DNA of 64,000 bases from Candidatus Beckwithbacteria bacterium GW2011_GWC1_49_16 (GTDB taxonomy: Bacteria > Patescibacteriota > Microgenomatia > UBA1400 > CG1-02-47-37), in contig CP011210.1 in NCBI GenBank assembly GCA_001029675.1, positions 777,280 through 841,279 on the forward strand. The letters are read 5' to 3'. Below the pieces are notes generated by a model. It did no database searches, was not told where the DNA came from, and was given only the letters and a program-made list of their open reading frames with translations. Shown in pieces: positions 48,319 to 57,524 of the stretch. Positions within the stretch are counted from its first letter, which is position 1. Each line of letters begins with the position of its first letter. Both the position numbers and the translations under genes were made by a program.

Positions 48319-48322
48319 TAGG
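48299..48322. repeat. REP-like palindromic element, copy 1
   Basis: atcacacaccgggtgtgtgatagg. Stem ATCACACACC/GGTGTGTGAT. Confidence 0.75.
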
Positions 48323-48327
48323 AGTCA

Positions 48328-49038
48328 CTACCCTGCCTCGGGTTCTTCAAGCAATAAATTTTTAATCCTGGCTAATTCTCTTTGGTAGTCTGCCTGACCA
48401 GAAACAAAGTCCTCGTAACCAGAATTACCCTTAAAATAACTTAATACCAAGTCTTTCTGGCAAAGATTATTTTCAGCTGAACCCAAGTATTCCGGTAATG
48501 AAGAGTGGGGATATTTTTTTAATTCGGTAATCGATTTAACTATTCCGGCGCTATAAGGATTTAAATGAATATATCGGGAAACATGGAGCAGTTGCTCTTC
48601 AGTTTCGACCCTAACCGATTTAAATCTACCTTGGAAAAGAGGTCCGATACGCTTATTTTTAGTGTTGAAATAATGGGCATAACTCTCTGAAAACTTACGA
48701 ATAAATTCTGAAATTCCGTTGTCGGACACTTGCTTCAACAATAAATGAAAATGATTAGGCATGAGGCAGTAGCAGATAATCTCAACTAAATAATTTTTGG
48801 TTTGCTTTAATTGCGATAGTTTTTCAACTTTGGCAGACTGCGGTAAACGAGAAAAGTAAGAATAACGTAACGGTGGGGCCGCGTGTTGATAATATAGCAT
48901 TGCTTCTAAAAAGCGGTTATAGTGGCGACCGTTAACAAAAATTGGCATCGAGGCCACGCCTCGATTAATAATGTGATAAATTTCTCCTGTCACTGAAGGG
49001 TCTTTCCTAGGCGGCATTAACTCTACTCTATCACACAC
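48328..49038 (-). mobile_element. REP-associated tyrosine transposase (RAYT) / IS200-family Y1 HuH transposase gene
   Basis: HuH motif MPNHFHLLL. Catalytic Tyr region SRYIHLNPYSAGIV. AT-rich. Flanked by identical 26-nt REP sequences. Confidence 0.7.
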
Positions 49039-49050
49039 CGGGTGTGTGAT
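49030..49050. repeat. REP-like palindromic element, copy 2
   Basis: actctatcacacaccgggtgtgtgat is identical to copy 1 including the 5' flank. Confidence 0.75.
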
Positions 49051-49921
49051 GTTTGGTTTTAAGCTGCTCCCATAAAACTAATAGAGGGGCGGCGGTAAAG
49101 GTAGATGAGTAAGTGCCGGAGATGGTGCCGATAAGAAGAGTAGCGATAAACCACTTGATGGTGTCCCCGCCCAAAAGGAATAAACTCATCAGCATAAAGA
49201 TTATGGTCAGCGAGTTGTTGATGGAGCGGGCCAGAGTTTGAGTGATCGCCTGGTTGACGACTGAAGCAAAATCTGCCTTGGGCTGGGTTTTAAGATTTTC
49301 CCGAATTCTGTCGTAAACGACGATGGTGTCGTGGACAGAAAAGGAGAGGATGGTGAGAAGAGCGGTGACAAAGAGGGCGTCGACCTCGACGCCGTAAGCG
49401 TAACCCAAGAAACTGAAGCTGCCTAAAATGATAAAAGTATCGTGGAGCATGGCTAAAATGGCACAGACGCCGTATTTTTTGTCCTTAAAGCGAAAGGTAA
49501 CGTAGGCCAGGATGAAACCGGCGGCAAGCAAAAGGCTAACCAGAGTTTTTTTGATCAATTCTTGTCCCAGGGTGGGGCCGATGGTGGCAAAACGCTTTTC
49601 GGTGACGGGCGCGTCAAGCTCGGCCGATAAAAGCTGTTGGAGTTTTAAACTTTGGCTTTGGTCGATGGGGTGGCTTCGCAGTAAAAACGAATTGGGGCCG
49701 GTTTGCTGAAGGCTGGCTAGGTTGATTTGGGGTTCTAGAACCGCTTTGACTTGGGACAGAGTGGCCGACCGGCTGGCGCTAAGTTCGACTTCCAGAAGAG
49801 TGCCGCCGGTAAAGTCGACGGCGGGCTTTAAGCCGAAACGAACCAGAAAATAGGCGCCGGAGAGAATAAAGATGGCGGAAATGAGAAAGTAAACTAGGCG
49901 GTATTTTAAAAAGTTAATCAT
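49031..49921 (-). CDS. secF: protein translocase subunit SecF
   Basis: SecF N-terminus (FLKYRLVYFLIS..., VDFTGGT). C-terminal HHTPGV* comes from the REP. Confidence 0.85.
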   Translation of the reverse strand: MINFLKYRLVYFLISAIFILSGAYFLVRFGLKPAVDFTGGTLLEVELSASRSATLSQVKAVLEPQINLASLQQTGPNSFLLRSHPIDQSQSLKLQQLLSAELDAPVTEKRFATIGPTLGQELIKKTLVSLLLAAGFILAYVTFRFKDKKYGVCAILAMLHDTFIILGSFSFLGYAYGVEVDALFVTALLTILSFSVHDTIVVYDRIRENLKTQPKADFASVVNQAITQTLARSINNSLTIIFMLMSLFLLGGDTIKWFIATLLIGTISGTYSSTFTAAPLLVLWEQLKTKHHTPGV

Positions 49922-51224
49922 GTTTTAATAAAAATGTTCTCATCAAGGTGCGGGTGACGACGATGCCGGTAAACAAGCTGATGACGACGCCTAAGAAAAG
50001 AGTCAAGGCGAAGCCGCGGACCGGGCCGGAAGTATTAAGCCAGTTTAAGTTTAAAGGGTTTAGCAAAACCAGGCTGGTGATGATGGTGGCGACGTTGGCG
50101 TCTTTGATCGAGTCCCAAGCGCGGCCGAAACCTAATTCTAAAGCGACGGCAAAGGGGCGATCGGCGCGCAGCTCTTCTTTTAATCGTTCAAAAATCAGGA
50201 TGTTTGAATCCACCGCCATGCCGACGGAGAGAATGAAGCCGGCAATGCCGGGCAGAGTCAGGGTGACGGGGATGAGCTTGTAGATTGACAAAGTGATCAG
50301 GCCATAGATGACCAAGGCGACGTCGGCCAAAAAGCCGTTGACGCCGTAGAGGCCGATCATGAACAGCATCACCAACCCCAAGCCGACGACGCCGGCGGTG
50401 AGGCTTTTTTGGATCGAGTCTGAACCCAAGGTGGCGGAGACGTTTTCCTGCTCGATAACCTTAATCGGTACGGGCAGGGCGCCGGCGTTTAGCTGGATGG
50501 AAAGCTTGGCGGCGGCTTCGGGGGTGAAGCTGCCGGAAATGACGGCTTGGCCGTTTAAGATGGGTTCGTTGACGATGGGGGCGGTGACTAATTGGTCGTC
50601 CAAGAAAATAGCCAAGGGCTGGCCGACGTTGCTTTGGGTTAACCGGGCAAATTTTTGACTCCCTTCGGGAGTAAACTCCAAGGACACCACCGGCTGGTTG
50701 ACGCCTTGCTCCCCCGGAGAGTAAGTCACGGCCGATTTTTTTAAGTCTTTACCGGTAAGATCAGTAGAGACAAAAATCAGTTTGCCTCCGGGTGAAGCTA
50801 CCTCGTCATCAAGGCCGTCAGAAACCAACTGACGAAAATCAAGCTGGGCGGTCTGGCCGATGAGGTCGACAGCTTGATTAACGTCTCTGATGCCGGGGAG
50901 TTCGACGATGAGACGAAAGCTTTCGGCGCTAGTGGCGGTTTGGATAGTGGGCTCGGTGACGCCGTAAAGGTCGACGCGGCGGGCGATGACTTCCCGGGCC
51001 GACTCCAGCGCGGTGGCTTTGTCTTCCGGGGCGATATCTTTCATGTCGGCGTCTAAAACCAGGTGAGTGCCGCCTTGAAGATCGAGGCCTAAGCGGAGGT
51101 TTAGGTCACGAACAAATTTATAAGGTCCAAGACTCAAGTTGATCCCGGGGAAACGGGGCAGATTTAAGAGAATGGCTAAACCAGTAAGCAAGGAAATGAA
51201 AAAAAGGCGGCGGCGGTTGACCAT
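49914..51224 (-). CDS. secD: protein translocase subunit SecD
   Basis: LGLDLQGGTHLVL motif. Overlaps secF by 8 nt. Confidence 0.85.
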   Translation of the reverse strand: MVNRRRLFFISLLTGLAILLNLPRFPGINLSLGPYKFVRDLNLRLGLDLQGGTHLVLDADMKDIAPEDKATALESAREVIARRVDLYGVTEPTIQTATSAESFRLIVELPGIRDVNQAVDLIGQTAQLDFRQLVSDGLDDEVASPGGKLIFVSTDLTGKDLKKSAVTYSPGEQGVNQPVVSLEFTPEGSQKFARLTQSNVGQPLAIFLDDQLVTAPIVNEPILNGQAVISGSFTPEAAAKLSIQLNAGALPVPIKVIEQENVSATLGSDSIQKSLTAGVVGLGLVMLFMIGLYGVNGFLADVALVIYGLITLSIYKLIPVTLTLPGIAGFILSVGMAVDSNILIFERLKEELRADRPFAVALELGFGRAWDSIKDANVATIITSLVLLNPLNLNWLNTSGPVRGFALTLFLGVVISLFTGIVVTRTLMRTFLLKHD

Positions 51225-51227
51225 GGC

Positions 51228-51422
51228 TTAGTTTGACTTTTTTGCCAGCGAACCGGTAAGTGATAATTGCTTGGCACCTTTGAAACCGTAAATTATCTGG
51301 CCGGTTTCTAAAATGGTTTTGACCGAGACCGAGTCACCTTTGGTGACGCCCACAGCCTTGACAAACTGGGAGGGAACGGTGACTCCCAGGCTGTTGCCGA
51401 CCTTGATCACTTTTTGCTTCAT
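51228..51422 (-). CDS. AbrB/MazE-like small DNA-binding protein
   Basis: VIKVGNSLGVTVPSQFVKAVGV swapped-hairpin motif. 64 aa. Immediately upstream of secD. Confidence 0.45.
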   Translation of the reverse strand: MKQKVIKVGNSLGVTVPSQFVKAVGVTKGDSVSVKTILETGQIIYGFKGAKQLSLTGSLAKKSN

Positions 51423-51426
51423 AAAA

Positions 51427-52011
51427 TCAACCGACCATCTCTTCTTCGTCGCCTACCAGCATCACCCGGCCGCCGGCAAAGATGGTCGATAAAAACGGGT
51501 CGCGGCGCGATTTTCTGAATTTGAATTCCTCAAAAGTCATCGGGGCGTAGTTTATCTCCTTTTCTCTTTCCGACTCGGCTTGGCGGATGAGTCTGGTCAA
51601 GGGTGCCGGATCAATGGTGCCGACGATTAACAAATCGATGTCTTCGGCTGATTTTCTGGGCATGTGGCGGGCGTAGCGGCCGGAAAGAAGTGCAAACTTG
51701 ACGTTGCCTAATTTGTTTTTGTGTTTGATGATAGCCACACCCAAGCCGGTGGTCTTGGCGACCAGGCTGATTAAGTCTTGGTAGTAGGCGTAGCTTTTGT
51801 TAAAGTGGTAGTAGAGGCGGTTGCCGCGGGGTTCTTTTTTGACCATACCCCTGTCTTCCATGCGCTTAAGCTCTCTTCTGACGGCGTTTATTTCTTCACC
51901 AGTAAGTCTCACCAGTTGGCGGACGTAAAAGATTTCCTGGGGCTGGCCTAAAAAGGTTTTAATTAGTTTGGCTCTGACCCTTGATACTAACAAGTCTTGA
52001 AGTTTAGCCAT
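51427..52011 (-). CDS. hypothetical protein with N-terminal winged-helix
   Basis: wHTH-like N-terminal 70 aa. No catalytic motif. Confidence 0.3.
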   Translation of the reverse strand: MAKLQDLLVSRVRAKLIKTFLGQPQEIFYVRQLVRLTGEEINAVRRELKRMEDRGMVKKEPRGNRLYYHFNKSYAYYQDLISLVAKTTGLGVAIIKHKNKLGNVKFALLSGRYARHMPRKSAEDIDLLIVGTIDPAPLTRLIRQAESEREKEINYAPMTFEEFKFRKSRRDPFLSTIFAGGRVMLVGDEEEMVG

Positions 52012-52034
52012 ATGGCTTCCTTCTGGGCAGAAGT

Positions 52035-53225
52035 CTAATAGTCAACTTGAGTGCCGATAGGCAAGACGGAAATCCAAATCTTGCCGGGATTAAAGGCAAT
52101 TTCTTTGCCTGATTCATCGTAAAAAATGGTCCGACTCAAGCGGCTTGACTTGGCCCAAGAACCCTCGACGGTCTTGCCGTCGATAACAATCAGGGCCTTG
52201 CCGGTACCGGTAGTACCGTAGACTAAATGGACGTTGCCGGGGTAACCGTCGTTGGCGTTTCTTTCACTAGCAAACTGGATCACCACGTTTTTGGCGGTGA
52301 GTTGTTGATCTAAGTTTAGATCTTGGTGGGGCTGGCCCCCGTTGAAGCGCTTGAAAAAATTTCCTTCCTTGTCGTACTGCCAGGAAACTTCGTAGGCGGA
52401 ATCGTCCCAGAAGTTGTAGTCGATGCTGGTGAGATCACCCCGGTCGGCAAAGTCAGCCTCGTCGGCGGTAAACTCCCAGGGCTTGAAAGCGTCGGACCAC
52501 TGCTCACCTTCGGGACCCTCACTGGTGTAGCCGCGCTTTTTACCCACGGCCCAGAGCTTCTCGGTCGTAGAATACATGGTGTGCTCGGTGGCCACCGTCC
52601 GGCCTAAGCGTTCGTAGTCACGCCAGAAAGTGGGAAAACCGATGGAGAATTGGTTTAGGTCGTTGGCCGCGCTCCAGCCGTAAGTGGTGATTTGGCCCAA
52701 AGCGTTGGCCGGGCCGGGAGTGTTGGCGCCGCCGACGTGGACGTACAAAGGAAAGTTGTATTCCGAAGCCCAGTCTAAGAAATAAGTCCGGGCGCTTCGG
52801 ACCGGGCCCAAGATCAACTCGTAAGCGGCGGCCTGGCAGTAGTAAAGACCCATGAAGCGGGTGATGCCGCCTTCGGCAACGGCCTCGTAAACGATGTCGG
52901 CGTCAGTTAAGCCCGATTGAGGACGGGACTCCTCGTGGTTTTCGATCATCACCGCCAAGGGCCTTCTGGTTTCCCAAACGTTTTTCTCCGCCTTGGTAAA
53001 TTTGGCGCCGTTTAGAAGACAAGTTTCGTTTTTGGGGCCGGTAATGTCGATTAAAGCTTTGCGGTCGGCTGATTCTTCCCCTTCTTCTTGCCCAGCGGGT
53101 AAAGGCGAGGTAAAGATCGAGCCGCGGGCAAGCGCAGTAAAGGCGCCGTAAGAAATACCGGTGGCAAGAAGATATATGCCCAAACCGGCTAAAATATAGA
53201 GAATCTTTTTTCTTTTATTTGGCAT
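52035..53225 (-). CDS. putative secreted/lipoprotein, DUF3048-like
   Basis: Signal/TM. AEGGITRF motif as in YerB-family proteins. Confidence 0.35.
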   Translation of the reverse strand: MPNKRKKILYILAGLGIYLLATGISYGAFTALARGSIFTSPLPAGQEEGEESADRKALIDITGPKNETCLLNGAKFTKAEKNVWETRRPLAVMIENHEESRPQSGLTDADIVYEAVAEGGITRFMGLYYCQAAAYELILGPVRSARTYFLDWASEYNFPLYVHVGGANTPGPANALGQITTYGWSAANDLNQFSIGFPTFWRDYERLGRTVATEHTMYSTTEKLWAVGKKRGYTSEGPEGEQWSDAFKPWEFTADEADFADRGDLTSIDYNFWDDSAYEVSWQYDKEGNFFKRFNGGQPHQDLNLDQQLTAKNVVIQFASERNANDGYPGNVHLVYGTTGTGKALIVIDGKTVEGSWAKSSRLSRTIFYDESGKEIAFNPGKIWISVLPIGTQVDY

Positions 53226-53715
53226 CTTCTATGGCGCGTTTTTCTTCTTTTGATAATTCGTAGCCACTGCCTTCGCCGTTTTTGACGGCTTTGGCGTAAA
53301 ACCGGGTGGTGTCACGCGAATGTAAAGAGCTTAGCACAAAACCGGTATCGTTTGCATCAAGTAAAGCCAAACAGAAGCTTTGGTCGCCGCCGGTGGCGGG
53401 AAAAGGGTTGAAGCGAACAAAGCCGACTTTCTGGATGTGAGTCTTTAACTTCTTTTGCTGGGCGGCGATTTGACCTTGTAATTCTTCCACTTGTTTTTGG
53501 TTCTGGTTTAACTGGGTCATGATCGATGATAAAACGGTTTTTAAGTCTTTTTGGGAAACGTTTTTGGTCAGTTTTTTGTAGTGGAGGCTGGACTGGAAGA
53601 TAAGCGCGGTCAGAATAATCACCCAAACTAAAAGGGCCAGAGCCAGCCACTGAATAATTTCCGGATTGAGTACCATCTGTCCCCTGATTGTCGGTGATTT
53701 AACAGGGTTTGTCAA
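53215..53715 (-). CDS. DUF4446-like membrane-anchored protein
   Basis: N-terminal TM, coiled coil, VGFVRFNPF...GGDQSF. Confidence 0.4.
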   Translation of the reverse strand: MTNPVKSPTIRGQMVLNPEIIQWLALALLVWVIILTALIFQSSLHYKKLTKNVSQKDLKTVLSSIMTQLNQNQKQVEELQGQIAAQQKKLKTHIQKVGFVRFNPFPATGGDQSFCLALLDANDTGFVLSSLHSRDTTRFYAKAVKNGEGSGYELSKEEKRAIEDAK

Positions 53716-53756
53716 CTGACTTTTCCCGCCACATTCCCGCCACTTTAAGCGCCTCT

Positions 53757-54038
53757 TTAAACTTCGTATTTACCACTACCGAAAACAAGTTTCTCCATAG
53801 TATTAAGTTTCCACCACTCCGCTGTTGTCTTGCCAACTACGTGGGCAACATCATCTATAACCATGTCTACTGTTTCTTGATCTCCGTTTAACAAACCAGA
53901 AACTAGCAACCTGTTCCTAGAGGCAACCCACTCAAGAGGATTTTCTCGTAAAAAGATCCTGCTGGCTTGAGACATTGGCGAGTCAGGAAAATCTGCTAAA
54001 AACTCCTGTGCTCTCTTCATGGCGGAACCTTTTTCCAT
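53757..54038 (-). CDS. hypothetical protein
   Basis: ORF only. Confidence 0.25.
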   Translation of the reverse strand: MEKGSAMKRAQEFLADFPDSPMSQASRIFLRENPLEWVASRNRLLVSGLLNGDQETVDMVIDDVAHVVGKTTAEWWKLNTMEKLVFGSGKYEV

Positions 54039-54066
54039 GGCCGAATTATACTATAATTAATAAGCC

Positions 54067-54312
54067 ATGGCCAAAAGAAGAACCAGGGAACAAAAAATAA
54101 AAGCCAAACAGAGGCTGGTCTACAGCCTGCCGGAAGCAGCGGAAGAGGCGGAGGAAGTTAAGGCCGAGGCGACGGAAACGGCCGAGCCGATGGAGACAAA
54201 TCAGGAGCAAAGACGGCTGGTTTTAGGCGACCTGAAACGAACCGGAGTGATTTTTTTGGTGATGCTAGCGCTTCTGGCCGCGGCTTACTGGTTTCTTAAC
54301 ATCACACCTTAG
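54067..54312 (+). CDS. small basic protein with C-terminal TM helix
   Basis: ORF. The last codons ITP* are encoded by a REP-like element. Confidence 0.3.
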   Translation: MAKRRTREQKIKAKQRLVYSLPEAAEEAEEVKAEATETAEPMETNQEQRRLVLGDLKRTGVIFLVMLALLAAAYWFLNITP

Positions 54313-54324
54313 AGGTGTGATAGG
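54301..54324. repeat. REP-like element, variant copy 4
   Basis: atcacaccttagaggtgtgatagg. Same stem arms and TAGG tail, different loop. Confidence 0.55.
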
Positions 54325-54341
54325 GATGATAGAAAATGACT

Positions 54342-55202
54342 TTATTTTTTAATTACCTGGTAAATGCTAAACAAAATCAGCCCGCCGCCGAAGGCTTGAG
54401 CCAAGGTGAGAGTTTCTTGGAGCAAGGCCATTGATAAAGCAGTAGAAACAATCGGGTATGATAAAGCGGTAACGGCTGACTGGGAAGGACCGATGGTGTC
54501 GACGGCTTTGTACCAGAAAATTAAAGCAGCCCAGATGAACACGCCGGAAACAATCACCCAAAAGCCGATGCTGGGATTGATGCTGGGGAAACCACCAAGA
54601 AAAAAGGCAGAAACGACCAAGGCAATGGCCCCAATGACATTTCTTAAATAAGAAAATAACTCGCCGCCGGTCTCTCTGATAGGCAATTTGGATAGGGCGT
54701 TGTTAAAGCTAAAGATAACGCTGGAGATAATGATGAGAAAATCCCCTAACTTGGGAACGACTCTACCCAAACCTACGGTTAACAGGTAGACACCGACAAC
54801 CATTATAAGAATAAACCAATATTTTCTTTTAGAAAATTTTTCTCTTAAAAGAAGCGAACTAAAAGGCAAAACTAGAAACAATGATAAGGTAACTAAAAAA
54901 CCGGCGTTGATGGCGGTAGTAAATCTTTGACCCCAGAAGAGAAAAAAGTAAGCCACCGCACCGGAACCGACACCGACAACTAAAATCTGCCACCAGGATG
55001 CTCGGGAAATTCCCTTAAGCTTCGAGAATGATTTAATAATAAAGGGCAGACCGAGTAAGGCGGCAACACTAGTGGCCACAGTGGTGTACTGGAAAGAAGT
55101 TAATGAAGAGGTGTTTAAGCCGATCTTGTTGACTACCAAGCTGGCGCCAAAAATTACAGCAGAAAGAAAACCGTAAGTGTAGTTTCTGAAAACACCAGTC
55201 AT
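54342..55202 (-). CDS. DMT/EamA-family 10-TM transporter
   Basis: Two 5-TM halves. Bracketed by REP copies 3 and 4. Confidence 0.5.
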   Translation of the reverse strand: MTGVFRNYTYGFLSAVIFGASLVVNKIGLNTSSLTSFQYTTVATSVAALLGLPFIIKSFSKLKGISRASWWQILVVGVGSGAVAYFFLFWGQRFTTAINAGFLVTLSLFLVLPFSSLLLREKFSKRKYWFILIMVVGVYLLTVGLGRVVPKLGDFLIIISSVIFSFNNALSKLPIRETGGELFSYLRNVIGAIALVVSAFFLGGFPSINPSIGFWVIVSGVFIWAALIFWYKAVDTIGPSQSAVTALSYPIVSTALSMALLQETLTLAQAFGGGLILFSIYQVIKK

Positions 55203-55233
55203 CTACTAATTCTATCAGAAACTTGTTTTCAAT

Positions 55234-55257
55234 AATCACATACCGGGTGTGTGATAG
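55234..55257. repeat. REP-like palindromic element, copy 3
   Basis: atcacataccgggtgtgtgatagg, 1 mismatch to copy 1. Confidence 0.7.
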
Positions 55258-55265
55258 GGGTGGGG

Positions 55266-56336
55266 TTAGAGAAATTTACCTTCTTTTAAAATCGCTTTGC
55301 CGTTGGCGAGAATCTGGCTACCTTTTAAACGCATGTCTTTGACGATGTCCCAGTGGAGAGCCGAGCGGTTGGTGCCGCCGCCGATTTTGTCTGGGTAGCT
55401 GTTGCCCAGGGCCATATGGATGGTGCCGCCGATTTTTTCATCAAAGAGGGTATTGAGCATGGCTTTTTTGATGCCAAAGTTGGTGCCGATCCCCAACTCG
55501 CCGACGTGGCTGGCTCCTTTGTCGGTGGCCAAAGCGGCTTTAAGATAGTTTTGACCCCGGCTCGCCCGGGCTTTGACGACGCGACCGGCTTTAAACTCAA
55601 GATAAACGCCTTCGACGACATGGCCGGAGCGGAGCGAAGGCAGGTCAAAGTAGATCTTACCGGAAACCGAGGTGGTGACCGGCGCCGAGAAAATCTCGCC
55701 GTCGGGCATGTTGTAGTTGCCGGCGCAAGGGGCAAACAGCCGCCCCTTGAAACTCATGGTCAGGTTGGTGTCTTGACCGATAAGAGTGACTTTGGCGCCG
55801 TCGAGCTTTTTTTTGAGGCGGTTTAATCCCCGCTTGGTCTTGGCCCAGTCTTTGAGGCAGGCTTTAAAGTAAATGTCTTCGAGTTCGTCTAAGGACATAC
55901 TGGCGGTCTGGGCCATCGACTCTGAAGGAAACTCTGTCAAGACCCAGGGTTTTGACAGCATCACCTTTTGTACCGGCGGCACGGTGGCTTTGGAGTGAAC
56001 CATTAGGCGCTTGGGGTCGATGGTAGCCAGCTGGCTGTTGTTTTTGGCCGAGTAAAGGCGGATAAACTTGTCGGCCCAGTTGGCTAGCATTAGGGCCACT
56101 TCGGGCTTTCTAGTCAACTGCTGGTGGCTGGCGTTTTGGTAAAAAAAGTAGTCGAGCTCCCCGGGCGCGTAAACCAGATGGGGAAAGGCACCCAGTTTTA
56201 AGGTGAGCTTATAAACCTCTTTGCCCAAAGGCCAAGCGGCCGGGTTGACGGAGATTAAAACCTTGTCACCGGCGCGGACGGCAACCGAGTAGGTGACCAA
56301 AATCTTGGCTAAACGAGTCAGTCGGGAGTCGGTCAT
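55266..56336 (-). CDS. aminopeptidase, peptidase M29 (AmpS/aminopeptidase T-like)
   Basis: N-terminus MTDSRLTRLAKILVTYSV...GDKVLIS is typical of M29. Confidence 0.5.
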   Translation of the reverse strand: MTDSRLTRLAKILVTYSVAVRAGDKVLISVNPAAWPLGKEVYKLTLKLGAFPHLVYAPGELDYFFYQNASHQQLTRKPEVALMLANWADKFIRLYSAKNNSQLATIDPKRLMVHSKATVPPVQKVMLSKPWVLTEFPSESMAQTASMSLDELEDIYFKACLKDWAKTKRGLNRLKKKLDGAKVTLIGQDTNLTMSFKGRLFAPCAGNYNMPDGEIFSAPVTTSVSGKIYFDLPSLRSGHVVEGVYLEFKAGRVVKARASRGQNYLKAALATDKGASHVGELGIGTNFGIKKAMLNTLFDEKIGGTIHMALGNSYPDKIGGGTNRSALHWDIVKDMRLKGSQILANGKAILKEGKFL

Positions 56337-56908
56337 GGGCGTAGTTTAAGGTATTTGACTAGCTTTTGCAAAGCTTGGGCACGGTGGCTTAACTTATTTT
56401 TAACCGAGGCCGGAAGTTGCCCAAAAGTTTTTGAGTAACCGGCAGGGATAAAGATCGAGTCGTAGCCGAAACCGCCCCGGCCGCGGGTGAAATTGGCGAT
56501 AGTGCCTTCGACTTTGCCGCTAAAGGTTTTGGAACGATCCGTTTTGGGGTCGTAAAGGACGGCGACGCAGATAAAACGGGCGCTGCGGCGAGATTGTGGA
56601 ACTAATTTAAGTAATTGAAGTAGGCGTTTTTTGGCTGGGGTAAAGCCGCCAAAGCTTTTGGCAAAGCGGGCCGAGCGGATACCAAGTTGATTAGGTAAGG
56701 CGTCGATAGTCAAACCGGAGTCGTCGGCGACGGTGAGCGTCTGGTACTTTTTGCCGTAAGCCCGAGCCTTGATAATGGCGTTGGCGGCAAAGGTTTTGCC
56801 CGTTTCTCTGACGACAAGCGACGGGGCCACAACCAGAGAAACGCCGGGCAGTAAAGCTTTAAACTCCCTCAACTTGCCTTGATTGCCAGTGGCTAGCAGT
56901 AGCTTCAT
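56333..56908 (-). CDS. rdgB: dITP/XTP pyrophosphatase (Ham1/RdgB)
   Basis: LLATGNQGKLREF, FGYDSIF. Confidence 0.8.
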   Translation of the reverse strand: MKLLLATGNQGKLREFKALLPGVSLVVAPSLVVRETGKTFAANAIIKARAYGKKYQTLTVADDSGLTIDALPNQLGIRSARFAKSFGGFTPAKKRLLQLLKLVPQSRRSARFICVAVLYDPKTDRSKTFSGKVEGTIANFTRGRGGFGYDSIFIPAGYSKTFGQLPASVKNKLSHRAQALQKLVKYLKLRP

Positions 56909-56910
56909 AT

Positions 56911-57522
56911 TTGGTTATTGATTATAATAGTAGCATGGAAATCATGGCGCTATCGGCCGAAAAACAATGGAAGCTGACGGCGGTGTTTAAGTTCTTGAGC
57001 CTGTTTTTGAGCCTGATTGTGGCGGCGATGGTACTGATGTGGTTCAGGCAAAACCGAATGATTGACACCAATGAAAGCAAGGCAGGGTTTGCCAAACTTT
57101 TAACCCAAGAAGAAGTGAGGCTGACGGTGCCCTACAAGCAAACGGTTTACAAACACTTTGGCAGCGCCATCAATCCCCAAGTGGAGCTGCCGGTAAAAAC
57201 GATCACCGGGTATAAAAATTGGGAGTTTTTGATCGACAGCGGGGCGGTGGTGTCGGCTTTGCCCAAGACGGCGGCGACCGACATGGGAGCGGACTTGACT
57301 AGCCTCCCCAGAATTACCATTGAAGGGTTTGCCGGGCAAAGAACTTTTGCCTATCAAGGAGAAATGGTGATCAAGGTAGGCAGTAGCGAGGTGGTGATCC
57401 CGGTGGTGTTTTCGGAAAACCCCTATGCCAATAACATTTTGGGGCGGATCGGCTTTTTTGACAATTTTAATATCACTTTTGATGTTGACCAAAAAACGAT
57501 TACAATTAGTAAAAGAGGGTAA
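56911..57522 (+). CDS. retropepsin-like aspartic protease, membrane anchored
   Basis: TM helix plus FLIDSGA active-site motif and ILGRIGFF. Confidence 0.55.
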   Translation: MVIDYNSSMEIMALSAEKQWKLTAVFKFLSLFLSLIVAAMVLMWFRQNRMIDTNESKAGFAKLLTQEEVRLTVPYKQTVYKHFGSAINPQVELPVKTITGYKNWEFLIDSGAVVSALPKTAATDMGADLTSLPRITIEGFAGQRTFAYQGEMVIKVGSSEVVIPVVFSENPYANNILGRIGFFDNFNITFDVDQKTITISKRG

Positions 57523-57524
57523 AC

